Shown piece by piece: positions 12,573 to 23,659 of a stretch of DNA of 64,000 bases (position 1 is the stretch's first letter; each line of letters starts with the position of its first letter). The DNA is from Nemertoderma westbladi (taxonomy: Eukaryota > Animalia > Xenacoelomorpha), in NCBI GenBank assembly GCA_032718475.1, contig JAUCBJ010003249.1, positions 1-64,000 on the forward strand, read 5' to 3'. A program made the position numbers and the translations under genes. Under the pieces are notes generated by a model that saw only the letters and a program-made list of their open reading frames with translations, had not been told where the DNA came from and made no database searches.

Positions 12573-13304
12573 ACAATTAATAAGTTTCCACATATAAGAA
12601 TAAAAGAACAACATATCGTCAAACTGCCCTTCATAAGGCACCGACGCGAATTTATTGTGTAATTCGACTAGAGTCCAATAAATAGCTTCAATAGTTGCTA
12701 GGCATGTAGGTGGTTTCTTCTTCTGTGGTCGCCAGTAGGTAGTGTTATGGTTTGCCAAAGACACGCGAGTAATTCCTTGTAAATTCGAACTTCGTGATAA
12801 TTGGTTTAAGGTTTGCCACGTACAGTCAAGGACAACAACATGTTTTGGTTGAAAAGGCAAATCTGAAATTGAAACTGCTTCGTTTCCAGGAAGCAACAAT
12901 ATACAATCCTTCTTTTCATCAGAGGTAAAATTAGGGAAATTAGGATATCTGTAAAACTCGACATCGTCTGGCGCTAACAATTTGGCATGGATTGATGTGC
13001 TCTTTCCAGGTCGTTCTTGGCCATGTTTTACGATGCTAAGCTGTACGGGCATTTGTAGTTTAGGGATATTATCGGAATTCAGCGCTGAGCTGAGACATAA
13101 ACAATCGTAACAAAACCACTTCCGCGATTTAAAGCATTGCGGGCAAACAGACCTCCCTGAAACATTTCGTAAAACATCGTGGTTAGATATACTGAAACAG
13201 GAAAAGGGGTTCGGCGGACCCGGAGGTGCAGGAAGTACCGGTATCTTTACGGATTCAACAACAGCGCCATCCACTTCCACTCGCCGCTTCTTAACTTTGT
13301 CCAT
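12525..13304 (-). CDS. DTWD1: tRNA-uridine aminocarboxypropyltransferase 1 (DTW domain protein), intronless CDS
   Basis: Zn ribbon RSVCPQCFKSRKWFCYDC, IVKHGQERPGKSTSIHAKLLAP, DTW motif VVLDCTW, YWRPQK..PTCLATIEAIY, FDDMLFFYSYM. First in-frame ATG is at 13304; the ORF track starts at an upstream TTG. Confidence 0.92.
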   Translation of the reverse strand: MDKVKKRRVEVDGAVVESVKIPVLPAPPGPPNPFSCFSISNHDVLRNVSGRSVCPQCFKSRKWFCYDCLCLSSALNSDNIPKLQMPVQLSIVKHGQERPGKSTSIHAKLLAPDDVEFYRYPNFPNFTSDEKKDCILLLPGNEAVSISDLPFQPKHVVVLDCTWQTLNQLSRSSNLQGITRVSLANHNTTYWRPQKKKPPTCLATIEAIYWTLVELHNKFASVPYEGQFDDMLFFYSYMWKLINCRPTGSGEQQKVHLNS

Positions 13305-13599
13305 ATTCCTGTATTCAGATAGGCCTACAGGCCTACCGTAGTCAGGTAGTTGTAGTAAGTACAACCATGGCCTACTATATTATATAGTATTATATATAAT
13401 ATAGTAGGCCATGGTACAACGCGCAATTTAGCCTAATACCTAACTAAACTGATACTAACAGACTAACCGATACTAAACCAGTAAACTGTAAAATAAAAAT
13501 AATTCAATTCTGTTTACTGGTTTACAGGTTTATGTACTGCCTAACTACAGAACTGCATGTACTGCTCTACAGTGGGCCTACTACTCTTACACCTGCAGA

Positions 13600-14470
13600 T
13601 CTGGAATTGGAATTGTTTATTGACATCAAAATACAGTAAAAATATTAAAAACATAGGCTATACGTTAAACGTTACACACAACAGTACAATCGAAACTGAA
13701 ACAAGTATTTACAAATTTATTCATTATTTATAATTAATTACAGTAGGCCTACACTGTAAATATTCGGTTTTATCGTTTGGGATATTAGATTACGGTAAGG
13801 TGTAGCTGTAGGACTTTACAATTATGGTATTGTATAACCGGTACTAAAAACAATAGATGAGAAACGGTTTGGCTTGAACAAATAAGTTTTTATGGGAGTG
13901 CACACTAAAAAGAATCATGATGATGTAGATGTGGATATAATTACAAATATTAAAAAAGGGGAACATACAGGCGCATAGGAAGCACAGGAAGGCGCTCAGG
14001 GAGCATACATACGGGCGCGGAATGATAACGGTTAACGGTACAGAGCAAAATATAATGATGTCGGGGATAACCTCATGAGACATAGTCTCGTTTCCATGGG
14101 GGTCCCCTGGCTATGCAGTGAATCGATCTGGCTATAAAATCATTATTGAAACTTAATAAAAAATGAAAAATAAAAAATAAATAAAATACAGAACACGGTT
14201 ACGATACGATTAAAAAAAAAGAATGAGAGTTTTTGTTGGGATGGTTAAAAAGAATAGATGCATTGTTCTCGGGAGGATAAAAGGCTAAGTAAGTGAGTCT
14301 TTACTTTGTGTTTAAAGGATTCTACTGTGGTTAAGTACGCATACACTACTCAATACTGCAGTTGACAATCCGATGCTCCATACTCCAAATCCAGACTCTA
14401 TCCCTGATCCGCATTCCCCACGAAGCTAAAGTTCGCCCTGTTCCTGGTGATGTGACGGTGGGATAAAGTC
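13600..14470 (-). mobile_element. Degenerate CR1/L2-like LINE 3' fragment
   Basis: Minus-strand peptide LTTVESFKHKVKTHLLS (~14280-14340) resembles a LINE ORF2 C-terminus; AATAAAC followed by an AATTCC-repeat tail near 13600-13620. Boundaries uncertain. Confidence 0.35.
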
Positions 14471-14953
14471 AAATGACATAAATATGCACACCAAAAAACC
14501 TAAAAAGTTTATGAATTATTAAAATTTAACTTAAGACTGCTAATATATGTCTAATATTACCAAATTAATAATCAAACCAAATCAAATGTATACTCTACTG
14601 TACAGTAAGTACTGTAGTTGCACCAATTGTTATCATTAAAAATTTTTACAACTGTTCACTGTTAAAACAAGAGAAAAAAATAAACAGGGGGCCCTACATA
14701 TTAGGTTTTAAAATTAAGAGATTTGGTTTTGTGCCTTAGTTGCACCAACGAAACTTGTAGGCCTACTACTGTATGTAAATGCGGATAATATACTAGCTGG
14801 TTTGTGAATTTTGCAAGATAGTATTTTTTAACACTATACTTAAAAGCAATTGAGGACGCTGAGTTGATAATTTTGGCGGGTAAGATCGTTGCACAGCTTT
14901 GGTACCGAGGAAACTCAAAGCCTCAAATGGTTTTTCGCCTCAACCGCGTTTAG

Positions 14954-15849
14954 CCCAGTGAAAAGTGCGCAAGCGTATCGCAAGCGTGCAACGCAGGCGT
15001 ATCTCATGTGATTCCCAAGAGTTATGGCCCGACCTTTACGCAAGCGATCTACTTGAGTTATGTCACATAAATATCGCAACAACTTACGTTCAGTCGCATA
15101 AAACTCACATGCGATTCACTTGCGACTTTCAAGCGTCATGGCGCATAAATATCGCAAAAATCTACTGGTTGTGAGTTTTGTGTAATATATTGAGAACTTT
15201 GTGACAGAAAATATGATAGCAGTTGATTATTCCACTACTGTTTGATACTATGGGCTTCTGTATCATCTGCCTGCTGCACTTACCTTACATTACATCACAT
15301 TACACTCTCTAGACTTACAGTAGAACATTAGACATGCTGTATGAATCAATACTAGAAATGGTTGGTTATATAGAGGATAATACAAATAGATTAGAATAAC
15401 CATGATACACTTTTAATTATTCCCTATAATTTTCAATTCTATAAAATATATTAATATAATCTCTGAATTCGACAGCCATATTAGATAATTCGTATTCATC
15501 AATTTTATATTTTAAAACTATTTATTTCTTGATAGGCAACTTTATTTTAATTAATAATCTTTAGTGTAATTAATAACATGCGATACACATGGGAATTGAC
15601 GCATGAGATTCTCATGGTGTAAAACATGCGTAAAATAAGCGTTAAATGAGGTGTGATTCGCATGCGATTTTCATACACGGAATCACATGCGTAAAATTAA
15701 GTTGTGAATCGCATGCGTGGAATCGCTTCCCTATTTTACATGTGAATCACATGCGAATCACAAGAGTTTTATCGCTATTTATTGAGCCGCAATAAAAACG
15801 CATGACGCTTTAAAATCACTTGCGATACGCATGCGCATTTTTCACTGGG
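14954..15849. mobile_element. Non-autonomous CMC/EnSpm (CACTA)-like DNA transposon
   Basis: TIRs CCCAGTGAAAAGTGCGCAAGCGTATCGCAAG and CTTGCGATACGCATGCGCATTTTTCACTGGG; AG dinucleotide on both sides (2-bp TSD); many subterminal TCGCA / CACATGCG repeats. Confidence 0.65.
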
Positions 15850-17213
15850 AGTATGCTGTAGCGAATTAGGGGTTAGTGCTATACAGTATATCACATTGGA
15901 TATAACATAGAGACTCTGATACGCCTTTGCTTCTACTGTACTTGTATGGATATCCATGCCTATAGAGTCAATCACTGTCATGTAATCTCAGTTACTGTAA
16001 GTGTTTTTGCCTAGGATATGCTCACGTGAGAACTAAAAGGGATACAATGTTAGAACAACATGACTCATATTTTAAAATTGTCTGTATTAGGAGGGTTTTT
16101 TATTCAAACACTACTAATATTACAAACTAATAAATATATTGCTTTGGGGTTTTTCATAGGTCGGTGATTTCATTTACGCCGTCAGTTTTCACATGTTATG
16201 GAATATAGATAGGCTATTCTGTACAGTAGGTCTAATAGCTATAGTCATTGCCCGGGTATTACATTTGATTGTTCGATATATTGTAGGTTGACTAGTTTGA
16301 CTAGGTTGTCTTTTTATTTCAAGTGTATGTCTTCAGGCTAGTTTGTCAGTCGGTATGTCTTTCTGTCCATCTTAAACTGGGGGGAAACTTGACGCAAATC
16401 CCATCTCGGGGCTTCAATCAATTCTAAATCATCACTTTAAGAGAACTGAGCTGAGCAGGTTACATTATTGGGACATTATTCTGACCAAATCAATAAATTA
16501 AAAATAATATAACAGGTTTACAGTTTATTTTTGGGAGCAATCTGTTATTTGCGTCAATTTTCTCCTGGGAGAGGGATGAATTTTGATTCAAGCCACTGAA
16601 TTACACACTATATTCCAGGACATGGTGTAAATAAAAGTTGATAAATATTTCTTTATAATGTTTATGATATTAAATGTTAATTTTATTATTTCTTTGTTAT
16701 AAATTTGATGGCCTCAATGGGCCACCACAGATGAGAAACATGTCAGCTCTTCATTGATGCCATCAACACATTATTATAAGGTAGCGGGAAATTTGAATTC
16801 ACCAAAGAGCAAACCTGTTTTAACAGGACAGTACTGCAGCAGTACTGCAGTAGGCCTACCACTGTTAGTTGTAGTACCGGTAATCGGTATTACTGTGAAC
16901 TGTATTAATTTGTTATAGTATTCCTTGCCATGAGGCATGAACCTAACTGACTGCCGGACTTAACAGTATCGTTCATACTGCCAGACTGCAGTGGAGCAGC
17001 GCCAGTCTGTCAGTACCTGAGTACTGTGCCGTACAAACTTTGACCCAAGCAGCAAGAACTGAATAAGGCTATCTAAATGTTGTTTAGTTAGATGGCCTTG
17101 CTTTGAACCTAAAGCCGTTTCTTGCAATTAGACCCAATGTGTACCGATTTAATCCATTACTGCATTACCTATTACCGGTACCAGGGTACGCGGTAAGTAC
17201 TGAAGTAAAATCA

Positions 17214-17762
17214 ATGGCAAAGAATCCAACAACCGATGAATATATAATCTGTCCGTACAACGAAACTCATAGGATTAGAACAACTCGCATGGTCTACCAT
17301 CTACAAAAATGTCGGAAGAATTACCCCAACGTTGCCATGGAAACATGTCCATACAACGCGAAACATCTGTTCCCAGCGCCAGAGAAACGCCGCCACATGG
17401 AGAACTGCGTAGATCAGAAGATGATGGACCTGGACTTCCAGCAGGCGCGGCAGATAGGCGCGTCCAACTACAAACACGGCGACTTATCGCTGCCACCTGA
17501 CCTAGGGGCGCGGTTGGCCCAGTACCAGGACAACGAAGAATGGGAGCAGGACGGGGGTTACGGTCTGCCTAAGGTCCGGTTCGATTGCAACGTTGGGTTC
17601 GAGGGAGGTGCAACGGAGTGTGCTGCAAACAGCGCGGTGCAGCACAGAGCCCCGATGCTACGCAAGGTACCCGAGCCATTGGGACGGGCGCAGCTCAGGC
17701 TCACTTCCTCCACCAACAAACTCAAGAACCCAGGGCGTATAGCAGCCCAGACACCCGAGTGA
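17214..17762 (+). CDS. GTSF1: Gametocyte-specific factor 1 (Asterix/Cue110 family, piRNA pathway), intronless CDS, 182 aa
   Basis: Two tandem CHHC U11-48K-type zinc fingers (CPYNETHRIRTTRMVYHLQKC; CPYNAKHLFPAPEKRRHMENC) followed by an acidic Trp motif (DNEEWEQD). ATG at 17214. Confidence 0.85.
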   Translation: MAKNPTTDEYIICPYNETHRIRTTRMVYHLQKCRKNYPNVAMETCPYNAKHLFPAPEKRRHMENCVDQKMMDLDFQQARQIGASNYKHGDLSLPPDLGARLAQYQDNEEWEQDGGYGLPKVRFDCNVGFEGGATECAANSAVQHRAPMLRKVPEPLGRAQLRLTSSTNKLKNPGRIAAQTPE

Positions 17763-18254
17763 GACTATATATTTCTATGGGAACTTATCTGATATTGGGT
17801 GATAAGTAAAACGCTCATGCTCAATGCTCGCACCAGATAAATATCGGTCCTATTTAGTGTTAAAACAATGCGATACCAAATGAATAGGACGCAAATAATT
17901 GTTAATGCTTAGTATCTTTTTATATCATTTTGCTGTCTCGTATACTCTTATATTGTTTACATATTATAGACCAGAGGCAATTATTATGAATTGGGATTAT
18001 CAAACATGGCGAAGTAACTTGATTTAATTCAATTAATACATTAATACATGTCTATAATCCAATCACACAATATTGAAATTGAAGACGTATTTATTCATAC
18101 ATATGAATATTTTCAAATATAGCACAACTTAATTAATATTAATATATAAGGAATATCATTAAAAGGTATCTTATTAAATAGTAGATGAGGGTGAGTTATT
18201 CAATTTATATAATTGGTGTATTCGTCGATGTCGATGTTGCAATATGTGGAATAA

Positions 18255-18425
18255 CTCTGACTGATAAAATATGCAGAACAACTGAAGCTGACTGATAAAA
18301 TATACGAAGCAACTGGCTGATAAAATATACGGAACAACTGACTGATAAAAAATATACGGAGCAACTGACTGATAAAAAATATACGGAGCAACTGACTGGT
18401 AAAATATACGGAACAACTGATGATA
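18255..18425. repeat. Degenerate ~25-27-bp tandem repeat (ACTGACTGATAAAAAATATACGGAGCA), ~6 copies
   Basis: Visible tandem units just downstream of the GTSF1 3' region. Confidence 0.8.
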
Positions 18426-18459
18426 CACTTAGATAGACATAGATACACATAGAAATCAC

Positions 18460-18598
18460 TTAAGGATGCAAGGCAGAGATGCGCCCTGCGGTCCCTTCAA
18501 AGCATTCGTACCGAACCGAAAACTGCCTTGGCCCATGCGGGGATTGAACCCACGAATTCTGAGTGATATGAACTCAATGCAACCACTACACCAAGGTG
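18460..18598 (-). mobile_element. tRNA-derived SINE 5' head
   Basis: Minus-strand A box TGGTGTAGTGG and B box GGTTCAATCC at tRNA-like spacing, followed by non-tRNA body sequence. Confidence 0.55.
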
Positions 18599-18613
18599 GA
18601 ACACTCCCTTAAT

Positions 18614-19275
18614 TTAGATTGAATTCCATTGCCGGTGCCGAGACTGTAGTGGGTTTGTAAATATGTAAATAAGATTATGCACTGGCTGGTCTTCACGGCG
18701 AAAGCAATGTCCTGCAAAGCGGAGGCGATTTTGTTCTAGTGTCAAGCTTGGAGGAGCCAATGAGACACCTTCAATGTTATATAGTGTCTGGTTGGAGATG
18801 TGTGCATTGTACTTGACACAATGAACCCGGCGTAGCATTCTTGTGAATGTGCCATCCAGAGATTTGGTGTCCTCAGCAGTTAGAGCCCAGCATGGACTCC
18901 CATAGAGGAGTACTGGAACTACTGCTGCTCTAAATAATCGGACCTTAAGTTTCCGATTAATTCTCAGTGACTTCCAAATCCTGGAAAGCCTATTCAAGGC
19001 TGCCCATGCCTTTCCCTTACGTATAAGTTTCCGATTAATTCTCAGTGACTTCCAAATCCTGGAAAGCCTATTCAAGGCTGCCCATGCCTTTCCCTTACGT
19101 ATTCGAAGGTCCTCACCTGACTTCCGGATCCATGATCCCAGGTAACAGAAGTCATCCACATGCTCAAGCATACCATCTTTTGAGCTTATGCTCATCCGAT
19201 CAGAGACTTGATGAGGACTTTCAAAGTTAACTGTCAAAATTTTGGTCTTTCTGGAGTTAATAAAAAGACCAATGG
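18614..19275 (-). mobile_element. RTE-like non-LTR retrotransposon fragment (RT C-terminal part) with a 78-bp internal tandem duplication
   Basis: GLFINSRKTKIL..LEHVDDFCYLGSWI..KVRLFRAAVVPVLLYGSPCW..RLRFAGHCFR are RTE-type ORF2 motifs. IRKGKAWAALNRLSRIWKSLRINRKL is duplicated (18946-19023 and 19024-19101). Confidence 0.8.
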
Positions 19276-19663
19276 AATACTAAATATAGAGTATATCTAT
19301 ATTTAGTATTCCATGGGTCGCCTTGTGTGCAACATTAATTCATAGGAGATTTTATTTGTAATTATTAAAAAATAATTATTATTATTAAAAATACAATTCC
19401 CATAGCAATATGCGAAAATTAACAATAAACTGTATTATTGTTGGACAGATAATTTGCGCGGGAAGTTTCAAATTGTTAAAGTAATTATTTGGCTTCGTCA
19501 TGTCATCTGCTTTGTGAATGCGATTTGGCTGAAACCTGCAGTGGTATGTTATTTGTTGCACTTGTGCTTTATTGAAAAGTTGTTGCCATTTCGTTTTACA
19601 GTATCTGTGACACTGCCAGCAGCCCCATCCGGTCTATTACCAGTAAAACAATTACTAAAGATC

Positions 19664-20614
19664 ATGTCATCCAAATGTGTCCCCGAAGGACATACGAAAG
19701 AGGAATTAAAATCAAATATAAATATCCCCTCTTCAAATGTTCTACAAATGCTCAATAATGACGCGTGCGGCGACGCTGGCAGTAACAGCGCCACTCTGCG
19801 GTACGAAACAACAACCACACTCTGCCCTGTAATCGACGAATTCCTTGGAGGGGGTTTATTAACCGGTAAACTTACCGAAATATCCGGTATTAGTTCCAGC
19901 GGGAAAACTCAGTTGGGGATGCAACTGAGTCTGGGGGTGCAGCTGTCAGAACAACACGGAGGTTTGTCATCCGGGGCCATATATATATGTACGGAGGATA
20001 AATTCCCCAGCGGGCGACTTACAGCCCTCGCTAAACACTTTGCCGCCAAGTTCCCCTCAGAGAACCTAACCGAGAAGGGTATGACTGACCGCGTATTTGT
20101 CACTCATATCGCGGACGCGAGCTCTCTGATTGGCTGTCTGGGCGGTCGTCTTCCTTGTGTTTTGCGACGTGGAGTAACGAGACTGGTTGTGGTGGACTCT
20201 GTCGCAGCTGTGTTCCGTTGCGAGGAATTCCGAGGCGACTGGAAGGCCAAGGATAAACAACTCCAGCAACTTGGTTCCCTGTTAAAGAAGCTGGCGTTTG
20301 AGTTCCGTTGCGCAGTGGTCTGTATTAACCAGGTGACAGCGTCTATGGCCCGGCCTTCCGCCGTGCCCCAGCCCGCGCTCGGCGCCACTTGGGCCGCCCT
20401 AATTAACTCGCGATTAATGCTCTCCCGTACAGAGCGCGTTTACTCTCGTCGTGGCACCGGTGACGCCGATGAAGGAGTCCCGGCGAAGTCGGCTAAATAC
20501 GACGTTGTCGTCCGAAATATCGAGGTGGTTCTGTCGGCTCGACTGCCCAAGGGTCTTTGTGAATTTATTGTGGACGGAGAAGGCGTCAAGGGAATTACCA
20601 AAGTGCCCGTCTAG
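19664..20614 (+). CDS. XRCC3: RAD51 paralog XRCC3-like DNA repair protein, intronless CDS, ~316 aa
   Basis: CPVIDEFLGGGL..TEISGISSSGKTQL (Walker A), VQLSEQHGGLSSGAIYICTEDKFP (XRCC3-typical), LVVVDSVAAVFRCE (Walker B), CINQV, PALGATWA. First ATG after a splice-acceptor-like site is at 19664. Confidence 0.88.
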   Translation: MSSKCVPEGHTKEELKSNINIPSSNVLQMLNNDACGDAGSNSATLRYETTTTLCPVIDEFLGGGLLTGKLTEISGISSSGKTQLGMQLSLGVQLSEQHGGLSSGAIYICTEDKFPSGRLTALAKHFAAKFPSENLTEKGMTDRVFVTHIADASSLIGCLGGRLPCVLRRGVTRLVVVDSVAAVFRCEEFRGDWKAKDKQLQQLGSLLKKLAFEFRCAVVCINQVTASMARPSAVPQPALGATWAALINSRLMLSRTERVYSRRGTGDADEGVPAKSAKYDVVVRNIEVVLSARLPKGLCEFIVDGEGVKGITKVPV

Positions 20615-20755
20615 CGAAATACACAACTCATTGTAAATAAATCACTTACGAACTTATCCTTAATGTTGCAATAGTTTTATTTTTACCGCAGTAATTTTAT
20701 TTTACTCGTAGTTTTGTAAATTTAAATGTTTTTTTCTGTATAATTTTATACATTA

Positions 20756-23028
20756 CACACGCTGTGCCGGAATAGTGTCGTTATTCAGGTACCTGGACCT
20801 AATTTTTCTACAAATCGTAACGAGATTGCATGAAATTTGAAACATAGATAGTTTCATCTCCCTCCTCCTCCGTGGCTGAGCCAGAAGTTTTAGTTTTGCT
20901 TTCATTCTTTAGCAACAAGAGTTTGCAAAAGGTGTCTCCGTTGATATTGCACAAGCTACAACGCCAGTTATGAACATGATATGATTATCATTAACCATAA
21001 TCATATAATATAATAATCATATGATTATTATTAACTAAAGTTGTAAAATTCCGCCGTGATGGAAGACTTGCCCTCACTATAGACCAGTTAATGGCATTAC
21101 CCCATGTAAGAAAGACCCGGGGCTTCTATTTTAAAATTTGGTGGGGGATTACAAAGTTTGCCTCAACGATATATTAGTTTTATTTATTTTATACTACCCG
21201 TTGGGTAATAACTAACGTTAGTGAGTGAGTGAAAGAAAATAAAGCCACGAGGTTCAGAACACTGTTCCGGTTGGTCAACAGATTCCGGTTGGATCTGAGG
21301 ATTCCACTGCACTATATGCACCTCTAGAGAATGTGATTTGCGCTACTTTCATCCCTTCTGTCCTTGGTAGCTCTATGTCAACCTCAGAGCGAGAACTTTT
21401 TGAGTTACCTGTGCGTTTCGGCGGTTTGGCCATTCGGAATCCAAGTAACGCAGCGACACTATCATGTACTGCTTCCCGTGAGGGAACTGCAGTAGCAGTT
21501 GCAGCAATTAAAGGAATCCATAATTACTCGGAACCAGATCATTTAAGCTGCCTGAAGGAAGCCCAGTACAACCTTCAGTTCCAGAAGAAAGATAAGGCTG
21601 AGGCAGTGCTTGGAATTGTAACTGCAGGCTTCACACCAGACAGAGTGAGAACGATTGAACGTGCTTCTTCCGAACGGGCTTCTGGTTGGCCAACGGTAGC
21701 TCCAGTGGCGCGCCACCAATTCAATTTGTCTGCTAATGAGTTCCTGGATGGCCTATCCCTTAGGTATGGACGACCTCTGGTTAATGGCCCATCGAAATGC
21801 GATGGTTGTGGCGAAGTTTTTAGTACAACCCACGCGCTTGACTGTAAGAAGGGGGGTTTAGTGGCTTTGCGTCACAACGAGGTCAGGGATACCCAGGGTG
21901 CACTATTTAGTTTAGCTTTCCCTGAATCTTGCATATCACGGGAACCTGTAATCAGGGAGGCCAACGAGGAAAGTGGTGTGGAGGGTTTGCGCGCTGACCT
22001 CTCAGTGAGGGGTTACTGGCAGCCACAGAGGCGGGCATTGTACGATGTTCGGGTCGTTGACCCTGATACCCCCACATATGTGGCACGTCCTGAAGACTCT
22101 ATCCTACTAGACACGGAAACTCAGAAGAAAAACAAGTAGTAGTACCATGATGCATGTGCTCTCCGGCAAGCAGATTTCACTCCGCTTGTTGCTACAGTGG
22201 ACGGTGTACTCGCTCCTGAGTACTCAATGACGGTGAGGAGGCTATCAGAGAGACTGGCTACTAAATGGGCCAAGCCATATACCTGTATCATGGGGTGGGT
22301 GAGGGCGCGCCTTTCGTTTGGTATCCTAAGGGCGACGTGTGCCTGCTTCAGGGCATCACGCACCAAGTGGAGGTGTGTGGGAGTTAAGGATGGCGCTGCG
22401 ATTCCTTTGGGTATCTAAGGAGACCCGATGAGTGCTGACGAGTCAGCATTGTAACTGTAGAGAACGACTTGGATCCCATGTAACACAACATAACTTATTT
22501 GAGGTGATATTCCGTCTGAATTGCTTTTATGTATTAATAAATAATAGTTAATATAATGTATAATTAATATAGTTATACCAAGGAGAACATTGTATTACTA
22601 TTGCATAGCTACTCGTGAAATAAATATAATCTTCCAGAATATGGTGTATTTATTAAATAGAATAAAATAGCCTCGCGCAAATGCAAAACCATGCAACATT
22701 CGAACGCTCATATCTCGGCTATTTTACGACAAAATTCAGATTGTGATACATATTTGGAATCCTTGCATGGCCAGCTTTCCGTCATTATCAACAAATCGCT
22801 ATAAGGTTGACGAATAACTGCGGTGTAACTAGTGCAATATCGGCGGAGACACCTTTTTCGAACGCTTGTAGCTAAAGAATGAAAGCGAAACTAGAAATGA
22901 AAGCGAAAGGTGAAACCAACTCTTTTTCAAATTTCATGCAATCTCATTAAGATTTGTAGAAAAATTTAGGAGGGGGGGGGGCAGGTACCTGAATTCTGAA
23001 TAACAACACTATATTCCAGGACATGGTG
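20756..23028. mobile_element. Non-autonomous DNA transposon with ~210-bp imperfect TIRs (TA-flanked, Tc1/mariner-like) carrying a nested retroelement
   Basis: 20756-20970 is the imperfect reverse complement of 22812-23028 (TTCAGGTACCTG, TTTTTCTACAAATC, GAGATTGCATGAAATTTGAAA, AAAAGGTGTCTCCG). TA flanks both ends. The same terminus CACTATATTCCAGGACATGGTGTA recurs at ~16606-16629. Confidence 0.75.
21240..22560 (+). mobile_element. 5'-truncated CRE-clade (restriction-like endonuclease) non-LTR retrotransposon, pseudogenised
   Basis: LPVRFGGLAI, ASGWPTVAP, CDGCG..HALDC (CCHC), RHNEVRD, RADLSVRG..YDVRVVDPD, FTPLVATVDG, WVRARLSFGILRA. ORFs 21333-22139 and 22197-22418 are in one frame, separated by TAG TAG. 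Confidence 0.82.
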
Positions 23029-23159
23029 TATATAATAACACGCATTGGTCCACGGAAGTCATTGTTGTTTCTTAAGTTGTTGATAAGGGCTGCGATTAAA
23101 CATAACCCTCTCTAGAGTCTGAATGAACCAGTTTAGCACCTCTGTAAAATGTCGAGGTA

Positions 23160-23541
23160 GGGTTTGGAGTAGGGTAGGGATGTTTTGCACTGGGTTTGGA
23201 GTAGGGTAGGAATGTTTTGCACTGGGTTTGGAGTAGGGTAGGAATGTTTTGCACTGGGTTTGGAGTAGGGTAGGAATGTTTTGCACTGGGTTTGGAGTAG
23301 GGTAGGAATGTTTTGCACTGGGTTTGGAGTAGGGTAGGGATGTTTTGCACTGGGTTTGGAGTAGGGTAGGAATGTTTTGCACTGGGTTTGGAGTAGTGTA
23401 GGAATGTTTTGCACTGGGTTTGGAGTAGGGTAGGGATGTTTTGCACTGGGTTTGGAGTAGGGTAGGGATGTTTTGCACTGGGTTTGGAGTAGGGTAGGGA
23501 TGTTTTGCACTGGGTTTGGAGTAGGGTAGGAATGTTTTGCA
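23160..23541. repeat. 32-bp G-rich minisatellite (GGGTTTGGAGTAGGGTAGGAATGTTTTGCACT), ~12 copies
   Basis: Near-identical tandem units, directly visible. Confidence 0.97.
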
Positions 23542-23659
23542 CCGGATATAACTTCTTGATATCCGACCGGATCGGATATCCGGAAGATTTTGCACGATAT
23601 CCTGCCATCCTTTTAAATGAGAGAAAACTTTGTGTTTTATTTTGTTTTGTACAGGTAGG

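Noticed and set aside
22134-22145. Programmed stop-codon readthrough or an alternative genetic code in the CRE ORF
   Set aside because: Two consecutive TAGs are best explained by an AGT slippage duplication in a dead element. Host genes here use TAG as a normal stop.
23059-23608. ORFs of 125-178 aa on the minus strand
   Set aside because: Translations of the 32-bp minisatellite.
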